A stretch of 64,000 bases of DNA from a bacterium (GTDB lineage Bacteria; UBA8248; JACPRG01; G963555815). The DNA lies in the NCBI GenBank assembly GCA_965218795.1, contig OZ244653.1:1248001-1312000 (forward strand). The letters run 5' to 3'. Under the pieces are notes generated by a model. That model saw only the letters and a list, made by a program, of their open reading frames with translations. It made no database searches and was not told the DNA's origin. A program made the translations under genes and the position numbers. Each line of letters opens with the position of its first letter. Within the stretch, counting starts at the first letter, position 1. Positions 18,984 through 28,644 of this stretch are shown piece after piece.

Positions 18984-19493
18984 ATGCCCAGAGCATCTTC
19001 AAACATCCTGGACTCGGGAGACACATTCCCAAGTCTGACCTTCAATTTGACGGATGGAGGGACGCTGAACGTTCCCGGGGACCAGGGGGACAACTGGAAG
19101 GTCGTCCTGTTGTTCCGCGGCTATTTCTGACCGTATTGCAAGGCGCAGTTGAGCGCCTTCGCCAGGGCTTCCGACAAGCTGACCGAGGAGGGGATCAGCG
19201 TCGTGGCCGCTTCGACCGACACGCTGGAGAATTCCCATAAAATGGCGAGCGAGTGGGAGCTGAATTTCCCCCTCGGGCATAGTCTCGACCCGGTGGACAC
19301 TTCCGGGGCATTGGGGGCCTTTCACGGAAAGCACCCCAGGGATCCGGAAACAGAGATTATTCACGGCACGGGCTATGTCCTCCGACCGGATAACACCGTC
19401 GCTGTGGGCGTCTACAGCACCGGGCCCATCGGCCGTCTGACATGGCAAGAGGTGCTGGCGTTAGTCCAGTTCTACAAGAAGATGAATCGATAA
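18984..19493 (+). CDS. AhpC/TSA (peroxiredoxin-like redoxin) selenoprotein with UxxC motif, 169 aa
   Basis: ATG 18984 after GAGGAGAAGG; MPRASSNILDSGDTFPSLTFNLTDGGTLNVP...WKVVLLFRGYF-U-PYCKAQL. The TGA at 19128-19130 is in frame with ORF 19149..19493. Confidence 0.9.
19140..19159 (+). promoter_or_regulatory. Candidate SECIS element of the redoxin gene
   Basis: AAGGCGC-AGUUGA-GCGCCUU 7-bp hairpin starting 9 nt after the UGA. Confidence 0.75.
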
Positions 19494-19508
19494 GGCCCGT
19501 TTCACCTG

Positions 19509-19554
19509 AAAAGGGCGCCGCATGGGGTCTCCTTCCCGCGGCGTCCTTTTTTTT
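19509..19554 (+). terminator. Rho-independent terminator
   Basis: AAAAGGGCGCCGC...GCGGCGTCCTTTTTTTT immediately after the redoxin stop. Confidence 0.7.
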
Positions 19555-19582
19555 GCGCAGGCGGACCCACGATCGGGGTCGC

Positions 19583-19811
19583 TCACTCCCGGGCGGGCAA
19601 CGGACAAAATCCGTTGGATTCCACCCTGAAACTCACGTTGAACTTGCTGCGGAAATTCTCCATCGCGACCGAGGCCGTCCATTGAACCATGGCGGGTTCG
19701 TCGAATTCCTCCTCGATCCGAGAGTAAAAATCATCCGTCACATCCTGAGTCCGTGCCAGCCATCCGCTCGGCGTATTCCAGCGCCAGCCTCTCTTTTCGG
19801 GAAAATTCCTC
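19583..19811 (-). pseudogene. Carboxymuconolactone decarboxylase/AhpD-like remnant (5'-truncated, frameshifted)
   Basis: EEFSRKERLALEYAERM, then a frameshift near 19750, then QDVTDDFYSRIEEEFDEPAMVQWTASVAMENFRSKFNVSFRVESNGFCPLPARE*. Confidence 0.65.
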
Positions 19812-20279
19812 TATACAGCGGCCCCACAGCAAGTGTTCGTGAGTCTTGAAGACATCTTCCAGTGATGCCCGCATGGGTTCTCAGAACAAGACCCCTCAGA
19901 TTCACGGATCATTCTGGATTGCTTCATCCAACACGCCCGACAGACTCAAAAGATTACATCCAATTCATCCCATCAGAAGAATAGTCGATAGGCTTGATGC
20001 TGCCTTATTGTCGGAAAAGAGCTTCCCAAAAAGGGGAATGCCGCAGCCAATCAAGGAGATTTTTACATCCGCGGGATTCCGGGCCTTAGGTAAACCGAAT
20101 TTCCACTCGAAATGTGAATTCATTGTGGAAAACCCTGGGGACAAACCTCCTCAACCGTCGATTTGCCGGGAATAACAACCGAAATGCCTAATTTCTAGTC
20201 ATTCCGAGTTTCCACAAAAATCGTTTTCTTGAGAAACAGGACGACTCCGACCGTACTAAAAGCCTGAAACAAGGGGCCT

Positions 20280-20831
20280 TCAGGAACCACCCGGTCGAAA
20301 GAACGTCACGGATGTGTCACCGAACCGTCGGGTTTCAATCCGCTCCAAATCGGTAACCTCCGGGGCTTCTGACTTGGAAAGATGCTCCAGTGCAGCCCAT
20401 CCGGAAGGTTTGACCAGCCTGGCCGCGGACTCGACCGCTTTCTCTCCCGCATCGTAGGCGTACGGCGGATCCAAATAGATAAAATCGAACCGGTCATCCC
20501 CTTCGGCGAGAATTTCCAGTGAGCGAAGCGCATCTCCCGACAGGACTTCCCAGCGACTCTGGTGGAAACCCGCTGCTTCGAGATTATTCGCCAGGACGTC
20601 GATCGCCTCACGATTCTCCTCAAGGAGGAGGACCGCTTTCGCTCCCCGACTGAGCGCTTCGGCGGCGATTGCCCCGCTGCCTGCGAAGACATCCAGACAA
20701 CGGGCGCCGGAGATCCAATCCCCGAGAATGTCGAAGACGGCCTCGCGCACTCTCTCAGGAGTCGGCCTGACCCGCCATCCCTTCGGCGCAACCAGCCGCC
20801 TTCCTTTCGCGGTGCCGGCGATGATTCGCAG
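20280..20831 (-). CDS. rsmD: 16S rRNA m2G966 methyltransferase RsmD
   Basis: LRIIAG..KGRRL, RPT..RVREAVF, FAGSG, EALSRGA, DPPY. Start uncertain (CTG 20831 or GTG 20876). Confidence 0.92.
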   Translation of the reverse strand: MRIIAGTAKGRRLVAPKGWRVRPTPERVREAVFDILGDWISGARCLDVFAGSGAIAAEALSRGAKAVLLLEENREAIDVLANNLEAAGFHQSRWEVLSGDALRSLEILAEGDDRFDFIYLDPPYAYDAGEKAVESAARLVKPSGWAALEHLSKSEAPEVTDLERIETRRFGDTSVTFFRPGGS

Positions 20832-20894
20832 GGTTCCGTCCTCGCTGGGGGCGCAGCGTGATTCAGTGAACCTCAATCCAGTGCTTATCGAGCG

Positions 20895-21815
20895 CTACCA
20901 GGTTCTCAGGGGCAGGTCGAAATCAGCAAGAGACTTGAAGCTTTGGGCCCGTTCCTCGACTTCCTCGGGGGACAGCGTCCGGAGCCGATCAAGGCTGAAG
21001 GCTTGAACGTTGAAAGAGGCCATAGTGCTGCCATAGATGATGGCGCGGCGGAAATTCTCGTGATTGATCTCACCGTGCGAGGCAAGATAACCCATGAACC
21101 CGCCGGCGAAGCTGTCCCCCGCTCCAGTCGGATCGCTCAGGTCATCGAGGGGTAAAGCGGGGGCCCAGAACTCCTCTTCCTCATCGAACAACAAAGCGCC
21201 ATACTCGCCGCGCTTGACCACGAGGGTCTTGGGCCCCTCCTGCAGAATCCTTCGGGCCGCCTTTACCAGATTCCCCTCTCCCGCCAACATGCGGACCTCT
21301 CCGTCGTTGATGATAAGGGCGTCGACACGTTTTAAGATCTCCCACAGGGCTTCCGGCTTCCCTTCGATCCAGAAGTTCATCGTGTCGCAAGCAACAAATT
21401 CTGGTTTCTCCACCTGATCCAGGACATTCATCTGTAGGTCCGGGTCGATATTCGCAAGGAATACGTATTTCGATGTCTGATAGCTCCCAGGCAGCTTCGG
21501 CCGAAAATCGGCAAACACATTGAGGTGCGTCTCCAGCGTGATGGCTTCATTCAAGTTTTCGGTATATTCCCCGACCCAATGGAAGGTCTTCCCTTTTGCG
21601 ACCTCCAGACCTTCCAGATCGATTCTGCGGCTGCGCAGAAATTCCAGATGCTCTTCCGGAAAATCTTCACCGACGACCCCGACCAGCCGGATGGGCGTGA
21701 ACATGGAGGCGGAAACCGAGAAATGCGTGGCAGAGCCTCCGAGGAGACGATCCTTCTCCCCAAATGGGGTCTTGACCGAGTCCAGGGCAACCGATCCGAC
21801 TACAAGCAAGCTCAT
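20895..21815 (-). CDS. PfkB family carbohydrate/nucleoside kinase
   Basis: VVGSVALD, GGSATHF, DPTGAGDSFAGG. Confidence 0.93.
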   Translation of the reverse strand: MSLLVVGSVALDSVKTPFGEKDRLLGGSATHFSVSASMFTPIRLVGVVGEDFPEEHLEFLRSRRIDLEGLEVAKGKTFHWVGEYTENLNEAITLETHLNVFADFRPKLPGSYQTSKYVFLANIDPDLQMNVLDQVEKPEFVACDTMNFWIEGKPEALWEILKRVDALIINDGEVRMLAGEGNLVKAARRILQEGPKTLVVKRGEYGALLFDEEEEFWAPALPLDDLSDPTGAGDSFAGGFMGYLASHGEINHENFRRAIIYGSTMASFNVQAFSLDRLRTLSPEEVEERAQSFKSLADFDLPLRTW

Positions 21816-21891
21816 TCGTCTTTTCTTTCACCTCCTCACCTACCGGTGCAGCGCCGCTCGCCCCGCGCGGTCCCATCCGGACCGTCCACGA

Positions 21892-22173
21892 TCAGAGCGC
21901 GTACGCCTCGATCTCCTTAGCCAGATTGATGTCCTTATCGGTCAGACCGCCCGAATCGTGCGTGCTCAGGCAAAGGCGAACCGTCTTGTACCGGATGTCA
22001 ATGTCCGGGTGGTGATCGTTCCGCTCGGCCAGAAGCCCAACCTTCATGGCAAACCCCATCGCCGGCGTAAACCACTCGAACGTAAAGGTCTTGATGATGG
22101 CTTCCCCCTCGCGCTCCCATCCGGTCAACCCTTTCAGGGCCTCACCGATCTGTTCTTCAGTCAATTTCGCCAT
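21892..22173 (-). CDS. phhB: 4a-hydroxytetrahydrobiopterin dehydratase
   Basis: AE..DHHPDI, LSTHDSGGLT..D. Confidence 0.92.
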   Translation of the reverse strand: MAKLTEEQIGEALKGLTGWEREGEAIIKTFTFEWFTPAMGFAMKVGLLAERNDHHPDIDIRYKTVRLCLSTHDSGGLTDKDINLAKEIEAYAL

Positions 22174-22213
22174 ACCCAACCTCCCTCTCTATCCCGATCC
22201 TTCTTCACCCTCG

Positions 22214-23494
22214 TCAGGCTTGGAAGTCCGCACGGGGCTCATCCAGGACCGAAAAATCGAATCCTTCGAGATTTTTGCATATCGTACGGTTGAATCGGGC
22301 GGCGACCACGCCGTCCACTACACGGTGATCGACCGTCAAGAAAAGTCCCATTCGGTCACGAACGCCAACCGACCCGTCGTCCAGAGGAACGGCGCACTTC
22401 CGGATGGCCCCGACGCCCAAGATGGCCGCTTCCGGCGGGTTGAGGATGGGGGTCGCAAAAAGGCTCCCCGCCGCGCCCGGGTTTGTGATCGTGAACGTAC
22501 TCCCGATGACACTCCCGGGTTCCAGGGTCCCCTGCCGAGCCTGATCGGCCATATCCTGAATCCGGAATGCAAGATCGGCGAAGACCAGTGCTTCTGCGCT
22601 CCGAATCACCGGAACGATGAGACCATCCGGCACCGCCACGGCCATCCCCAGATGAACGGTTTTGAACCGGTACATCACATCCCCGGCGAATCGGGCGTTC
22701 ACTGAGCCGAACTCGATTCCTTCGAGCGCCCGCAGGGCCGCCCAGGCAATAAAGTGGGTATACGTCAGGTGGATCCCATTCCTGGCGAAAAGGGTTTCTC
22801 CCAACGCCTCCCTTTTCCGAACGATCTCGGTGACATCGGCCTCGTCGAATGTCGTGAACTGGGGAACCTCGCGAACGCTTTCGGTGAGACGCTTGGCCAA
22901 GCGCTTCCTCAGGGGGCCGAGGGGCAGGACATCCGCCTCCTCCGCTGACGGAACCGCCGCCTTCTCCACAGCCTCGGTTTTTGCGTCCCCTTCGTTCCGG
23001 TCGGCCAGGTAGGCCAACAGGTCTCCCTCGGTGACCCTCCCGTTCTTGCCGGTCCCTTGGATGCCGATCAATTCTTCCGGGGGAAGTCCGTGCTCTCCGG
23101 CCAGCTTGCGAACGCGGGGCGACAGAAATCCGGCCCTTTTCGCCCTTTTCTTCGCGGCTATGGGTGCAGACCCGGTCTCGTCTCCCGATGCAGCTTCAAC
23201 CTGATCCACCGGACCGATATTTGATTCAGGTTCAGTTTCTTCGAGGATCTCGTCCTCGGTCTCGACCAGTGCGACAGCTTCTCCAACTGGAACCGCTTCC
23301 TCCGAAGAAACGAGGATCTTCGCCAAGCGCCCGCTGTAGGGGCTTTCCACTTCGAATTCAACCTTCTCGCTCTCCGCCAGGAGGATGGGCTCCCCCTTGC
23401 TCAATGAATCGCCCTCTTCCTTGAGCCACTGAACGACCGTCCCCTCATGAACGCTCGATCCCATTCTCGGCATAATGACTCTGGCCTGCTGCAT
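22214..23494 (-). CDS. 2-oxoacid dehydrogenase E2 (dihydrolipoamide acyltransferase)
   Basis: Lipoyl domain (ESEKVEFEV), E3-binding domain (SPRVRKLA..GTGKNGRVT), catalytic DHRVVDG. Confidence 0.92.
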   Translation of the reverse strand: MQQARVIMPRMGSSVHEGTVVQWLKEEGDSLSKGEPILLAESEKVEFEVESPYSGRLAKILVSSEEAVPVGEAVALVETEDEILEETEPESNIGPVDQVEAASGDETGSAPIAAKKRAKRAGFLSPRVRKLAGEHGLPPEELIGIQGTGKNGRVTEGDLLAYLADRNEGDAKTEAVEKAAVPSAEEADVLPLGPLRKRLAKRLTESVREVPQFTTFDEADVTEIVRKREALGETLFARNGIHLTYTHFIAWAALRALEGIEFGSVNARFAGDVMYRFKTVHLGMAVAVPDGLIVPVIRSAEALVFADLAFRIQDMADQARQGTLEPGSVIGSTFTITNPGAAGSLFATPILNPPEAAILGVGAIRKCAVPLDDGSVGVRDRMGLFLTVDHRVVDGVVAARFNRTICKNLEGFDFSVLDEPRADFQA

Positions 23495-23537
23495 TCTCTC
23501 TTTTCCCTTCCCGGCGTTGGGTTCTATTCAGGCGAAC

Positions 23538-24578
23538 TTAGAAACCAGCCACCTCCCGGATGGCTTCGCAAATTTTTTCCGCGTTCGGCAGGAAGTAATC
23601 CTCCAGGGGCGGACTGTAGGGAAGGGGGACATCTGCCGCCGCCACACGCCTGACCGGGGCGTCCAAATGCTCGAACGCCTCTTCGGCAAGGATCGCGGCC
23701 CACTCGGCTCCCACCCCGCCTGTTTTGAGATCTTCATGGGAGATGAGGACGCGCCCTGTCTTTTTCACGGAACGCAGGATCGCCTCGCGGTCGAACGGGA
23801 GAATGCTTCGCATGTCGATCACCTCGACCTCAAAGCCTTCTTCGGAAGCCATCTCTGCCGCGCGCAGGGAATCCAGAACCGTTGTCCCGTGCGTAATGAG
23901 CGTCAGATCCTCACCTTCCCGGACAATGCGGGCCTCTCCGATGGGAACCACGAAGTCTTCCCCGGGCATTTGAGTCCGTAGGGGTTCCGGGAATTGGTCC
24001 AGAGGAAGATTGTACAGTTTCTTGTACTCAAGATAGAGAACGGGGTTGTTGTCGCGGATTGCCGCTTTCAACAGGCCCTTCGCATCATAAGGACTTGCCG
24101 GTGCAACGATTTTCAGACCCGGCGTGTGATAGAACCAGGATTCGGGGTTGCAGGAATGGAAGGGTCCGGCGCTCTTCAACGCTCCCGCCGGCAATCGGAC
24201 CACCATCGGCACCTGTCCTCCCTGCCGGTAATAAACACCCGCCGCGTAATTCACCAGCATCTTGAACGAATCGGAAACAAAATCGGCGAACTGCACCTCA
24301 ACGACCGGACGCAGACCCAACTGCGCGGATCCCGCGGCCATCCCCATAAACCCGCTTTCCGATAGCGGCGCATCCACCACCCGGTTCAGACCAAACTGGT
24401 CCAGGAACCCCTTGGTGACCCCGAAGGCCCCGCCCCCAATCGCGATATCCTCCCCGATCATGTAGACGTCCGGATCACGTTCCATCTCTTCCCATAAGGC
24501 CGCGGTGACGGCCTCCCGATAGGACAACGAAGCCGATACTTTGGGCTGTCCTGAACCTGACCGAGCCTCGACGCTCAT
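23538..24578 (-). CDS. 2-oxoacid dehydrogenase E1 beta subunit
   Basis: GEDI...GGAFGVTKG, DAPLSESG, EVQFADF, GPFHS. Confidence 0.93.
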   Translation of the reverse strand: MSVEARSGSGQPKVSASLSYREAVTAALWEEMERDPDVYMIGEDIAIGGGAFGVTKGFLDQFGLNRVVDAPLSESGFMGMAAGSAQLGLRPVVEVQFADFVSDSFKMLVNYAAGVYYRQGGQVPMVVRLPAGALKSAGPFHSCNPESWFYHTPGLKIVAPASPYDAKGLLKAAIRDNNPVLYLEYKKLYNLPLDQFPEPLRTQMPGEDFVVPIGEARIVREGEDLTLITHGTTVLDSLRAAEMASEEGFEVEVIDMRSILPFDREAILRSVKKTGRVLISHEDLKTGGVGAEWAAILAEEAFEHLDAPVRRVAAADVPLPYSPPLEDYFLPNAEKICEAIREVAGF

Positions 24579-25747
24579 GGGGCGTAGACTCCATCCATCG
24601 CCTGCGGACCCTTCGGCATGGGGCTCCTCTTGGCCGCGGTGACGGCCTCGGCAATCCTGGCCCGATTTTGTTCATCTACTGATTTAAAATACGAATCATC
24701 CCCCAACCCCAGGGAGCGCAACCGCTCCCGGTACAAAAGAATTGGGTCACGCGACTCCCAGGCCGCGATTTCCTCCGGCGGGACATAATCCTTGTAAGGG
24801 TCGTAGATCGAATGGCCGCAGAGTCGAGGGTTGACCGACTCGATGAGGATTGGGCCCTCTCCCGCGCGGGCGCGATCCACTGCCTCGCGGCAGATCTCAT
24901 AAGTGCCGACCATATCGGTTGCGTCCATCAGGTATCCCGGAATCCCGTAACCGATGGCCCGCAACACCAGCGTTTTGCAGGCATATTGCATCCGGGTGGG
25001 TGTCTTGTACGCCCATAGGTTGTTTTCGACGATAACTACCAGGGGCAGCCGATGCACGGCCGCCAGATTCAGCCCCTGATGAAAATCACCGGTTGAAGTC
25101 GCCCCGTCACCGGATATTCCCAACACCGCTGTGCCGTCATCCCTGTACCTGGACGCCCATGCGGCTCCTACGGCAACCGGGATCATGGTTCCGATGTGAC
25201 TGATGAGCGGAATGATGTTCAGGTCTCGATTGCCGAAATGGATGTCCCGCCCTTTGGTGATCCCGTCGGCCTTCGCCATGAACTGGCACATGAGCTGGGC
25301 GAGATCCTGTCCTCTTGCGATATGCGACGAGACATTTCGATGCATCGGAACGAGGGTATCTTCGTCCTTCAGCACGAGGGCGGCGGCCACGGAGAGCGCC
25401 TCGTTTCCGCGGCCGAAGAACGCCGTTCCCGGCACAAATCCCTGCCGGAACAGCTCGTCCACTTGTTCTTCCACCCCGCGCCCCAGGGTCATCATTTCGT
25501 AAAAGCGCCGCAGATCCTTATCGCTGAGATCGAGAGCCTCCAGCTCGACCTTCGGCCTCCAGCAGATCTTGAGACCGTTGATGGTGAGATGGCGATCCTG
25601 CAAGTCGCGAAAGTAATCCAGCCCGTCAAGCTCTTCTTCCAGGACAGGTGTTTCCGACAAGGATTTGGGATGTTTCACGGACATGACGGGAATCTTCAGA
25701 TTTGGCAGAGGCTCATTGGATATCTTAAGTCCAAGTGGCGAAATCAC
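24575..25747 (-). CDS. 2-oxoacid dehydrogenase E1 alpha subunit
   Basis: GDGATSTG...ENN ThDP motif, R..GHS..D, RDPI; start uncertain. Confidence 0.92.
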   Translation of the reverse strand: MISPLGLKISNEPLPNLKIPVMSVKHPKSLSETPVLEEELDGLDYFRDLQDRHLTINGLKICWRPKVELEALDLSDKDLRRFYEMMTLGRGVEEQVDELFRQGFVPGTAFFGRGNEALSVAAALVLKDEDTLVPMHRNVSSHIARGQDLAQLMCQFMAKADGITKGRDIHFGNRDLNIIPLISHIGTMIPVAVGAAWASRYRDDGTAVLGISGDGATSTGDFHQGLNLAAVHRLPLVVIVENNLWAYKTPTRMQYACKTLVLRAIGYGIPGYLMDATDMVGTYEICREAVDRARAGEGPILIESVNPRLCGHSIYDPYKDYVPPEEIAAWESRDPILLYRERLRSLGLGDDSYFKSVDEQNRARIAEAVTAAKRSPMPKGPQAMDGVYAP

Positions 25748-25792
25748 GGTTCACCCCGGCTGGGGCCATTCCTTGAAAGGCCGTCAGGCTTC

Positions 25793-26197
25793 TCAATTCG
25801 CTCCGGCCCAGCCGTGCTCGGAAACATCGATCACGACACCATCCGGGGCGAGAAACTTTCTCTCGTAATAAACCGTCTCTTTTCCTGTTCCCTGGTAGAG
25901 ATCCGCAACCTCCCTCGATCCGTCATTTTCCAACTGTTCCATGGTCTTCTCGAGGTCGTCCACAATGAACCCGAAATGATCTATCCCGGTAAAGTTCAGG
26001 TCATCATCCGGAAGATTCGTCCAGGGCCCTTGCTTCTTGATCACAGCCAGGTTCATCACCCCGTCGGACAGATAGACGCCTTTGCCCAGTTCGTTATCAA
26101 TCATTCCGACTTCTTCCATATCGAAGTGCTTCTTATAAAATGCGGCGGTCGATTCCGGGTCGTGGGTCGCGATGGCAATGTGTCTCAGTTTGGCCAA
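25793..26197 (-). CDS. VOC/glyoxalase family protein
   Basis: LRHIAI...AFY, HFGFIVDDL, PDGVVIDV. Confidence 0.85.
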   Translation of the reverse strand: MAKLRHIAIATHDPESTAAFYKKHFDMEEVGMIDNELGKGVYLSDGVMNLAVIKKQGPWTNLPDDDLNFTGIDHFGFIVDDLEKTMEQLENDGSREVADLYQGTGKETVYYERKFLAPDGVVIDVSEHGWAGAN

Positions 26198-26261
26198 CGT
26201 TCTATCCTCCCGATGGATTCGAGCAGGCTCCCGGCCTGGGCCCGGCAGCCTCGATATTCAG

Positions 26262-27800
26262 TCAATCCCATTTTCTCTTTTTTGACCGCAGGGGCTTCCA
26301 GTTTGCCACCAGCTCCGTCATGAGCCGGACCCCCACACCCGAAGCGCCTCTTGGCGTATAGGGCAATTCTCGATCCCTCCACGAGGGACCCGCGATATCC
26401 AGATGCGCCCACGGGTAATCGTCGGCAAACCGGGCAAGAAAGGCCGCGGCCGTAATGGCCCCGCCCCATCGGCCGCCCGTGTTCTTGATGTCAGCGATGT
26501 CGCTCTTGATCTGGTCGCAATACTCCGGCCACAGGGGAAGCTCCCAGATCCGATCACCGCAGAGGTCGGCCGCCTGCCTGACCCGATCGAGCAGTTCCTC
26601 GGAATTCCCCATCAGCCCGGTGCACGATTCCCCTAGCGCAACGACACACGCCCCCGTCAAGGTTGCGGCGTCCAAGACCGCCTGGGGCCGATAGCGCTTG
26701 GCGTATGTCAAGGCGTCGCCAAGGATGAGCCGCCCTTCGGCGTCGGTGTTGTCGATCTCAATCGTAATGCCGGCCATGGACCCAACGACATCCCCCGGCC
26801 GGTTGGCCCGTCCGCTGATCATGTTCTCCGTGCAAGGGGCGAGCCCCACAACGCGCCGGGACAGATTCAGCTCCGCAATCGCCCGCATCGCCCCGAGGAC
26901 CGCCGCCGCCCCGGCCATATCCGTCTTCATGCTCCGCATGCTGGACGGCGGCTTGATGTCCAGACCCCCGGTGTCGAATGTGACGCCCTTCCCGATGAGG
27001 ACGATTGGAGCCGAACGGGGATTCCGGCCCTGGTGCTCGAGTACGATGAACTTCGGGGGGGCGGCGCCCGCCTGCGCCACGCTCAGAAAGGCCTTCATCC
27101 CCAACCGTTCGGCGTCCCGGACCTCGAGAATCCGGCAGGAGAGACCCGTTTTCCTCGCCATGGAGCGTGCTGCAGACGCCAGATATGCGGGAACCGCCAC
27201 GTTGGGCGGATGGGTGACCAGATCCCGGCCAAAGTTGGTGGCCTCCCCCAGTATCCGTCCACGATCGAGCCCCCCCCTCAAGGCGGCCGCAGCCTCCCTG
27301 TGTTCGGACACGATCCCGAGGGTTCGCAGTTCTCCTCCCCCGTTTCCGGAATCCTTCTTCCGGTACTCGTTCATCCGGTAAAGACCCATGACAGCGCCTT
27401 CCATCCACGCCTGGGCCTGAATCTCAGGGGACGCCTTCAGCGTGGAAAGGGGAAGACCGGCATGAATCGTCCCAGTTTTCAACTCCCGCGCGGTTCGGGC
27501 GGCCTCGGCGGACACGCCGCGCAGAATGTCCACTGTCAGGTCATTCGGTTTGCCCATCCCCATGAGAAGGATCCGCTTCGCCCGGAGTCCTCCTCTGGTC
27601 TCCAGAATAGGGAGGAGGCGGATCCGCCTGACCTGGGCCTCGAACTCCCCGCTGTCGAGCATTCTGCGAATGGCTCCTCCCAAAAGACGGTCGGCTTCCC
27701 GGGCGGCGCCCTGGAGAGGCGTCTTGCCTTCATAAACAGGGAGAACCGTCAACTCGGCTTCGGCCTCCAGCAAACTCTCGGAAATCACTTTGCCGCGCAT
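26262..27800 (-). CDS. pepA: Leucyl aminopeptidase (M17)
   Basis: GKGVTFDTGG, MKTDMAG, NTDAEGRL, ATLTGA, WAHLDIAG. Confidence 0.96.
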   Translation of the reverse strand: MRGKVISESLLEAEAELTVLPVYEGKTPLQGAAREADRLLGGAIRRMLDSGEFEAQVRRIRLLPILETRGGLRAKRILLMGMGKPNDLTVDILRGVSAEAARTARELKTGTIHAGLPLSTLKASPEIQAQAWMEGAVMGLYRMNEYRKKDSGNGGGELRTLGIVSEHREAAAALRGGLDRGRILGEATNFGRDLVTHPPNVAVPAYLASAARSMARKTGLSCRILEVRDAERLGMKAFLSVAQAGAAPPKFIVLEHQGRNPRSAPIVLIGKGVTFDTGGLDIKPPSSMRSMKTDMAGAAAVLGAMRAIAELNLSRRVVGLAPCTENMISGRANRPGDVVGSMAGITIEIDNTDAEGRLILGDALTYAKRYRPQAVLDAATLTGACVVALGESCTGLMGNSEELLDRVRQAADLCGDRIWELPLWPEYCDQIKSDIADIKNTGGRWGGAITAAAFLARFADDYPWAHLDIAGPSWRDRELPYTPRGASGVGVRLMTELVANWKPLRSKKRKWD

Positions 27801-27815
27801 CGACTCTTCGACTCC

Positions 27816-28379
27816 TCAGCCTTCCCCGCCCTGCCATCTACGGAACAGCTCGTTCGGAATACCCATGCAATCGAGGGTCTTGCCCACCATGTGATTGATC
27901 AGGTCATCCATCGTCTTGGGAAGGTGATAAAACCCAGGGCTGGCTGCCAGAATATGGACGCCCATCCTTGACAGGTTCAGCATATGCTCGAGATGGATGG
28001 GGCTGAGGGGAGTCTCCCGGGGGACCAGCACCAGGTTTCGTTTCTCCTTGAGAATCACATCCGCCGACCGGCCGATCAGGTTCGTGGATGCGCCGGTGGC
28101 AATCATGCTCAGGGTCTTCATCGAGCACGGAATAACCACCATGTGGGCCATGCCGGCGGAACCGCTGGCCGGAGTCGCCCCGATATCGTTGATGTCGTGA
28201 ACGACATCGGCGTAGGTCTGAAGATCCTTGTAGGTGATCCCGATCTCATGCTTGACCACCCGGATTCCGTCTTTGGAGCAGATCAGATGAACATCGATGT
28301 CGGTTGACTTGAGGAATTCCAAAAGGCGAACGGCGTAGATCGATCCGCTGGCACCGGAAATAGCCACAATCACTTTCAC
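27816..28379 (-). CDS. ubiX: Flavin prenyltransferase UbiX
   Basis: ISGASGSIYA, ASGS, PCSMKTL, RETPL, PGFYH.P. Confidence 0.94.
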   Translation of the reverse strand: MKVIVAISGASGSIYAVRLLEFLKSTDIDVHLICSKDGIRVVKHEIGITYKDLQTYADVVHDINDIGATPASGSAGMAHMVVIPCSMKTLSMIATGASTNLIGRSADVILKEKRNLVLVPRETPLSPIHLEHMLNLSRMGVHILAASPGFYHLPKTMDDLINHMVGKTLDCMGIPNELFRRWQGGEG

Positions 28380-28644
28380 GTATGGATTCTCCCGCCTGCT
28401 TGCGCTACCGCCAAAACATGCCGGTTCCCCCATGCCTGGGCACGGATGGTCCGGACTCCTGAATGAAAATGCTCAAGCGGGCATCAGTCTATCACAACCT
28501 CAGGTGGGCCATGGCGGTCTCCGTGGATAGACCCGGGAGGGATTGATTGGCCGTGCATTCCATTGACATTTCGAGCAGGCATTTGCGTTCCTTCCAGGCT
28601 GCCACTATGGTAGATAAGATGTAACATTGCAGACGACGCCCCCA

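Noticed and set aside
19846-20175. 109-aa ORF in the intergenic gap
   Set aside because: No SD or motif and atypical composition; probably non-coding.
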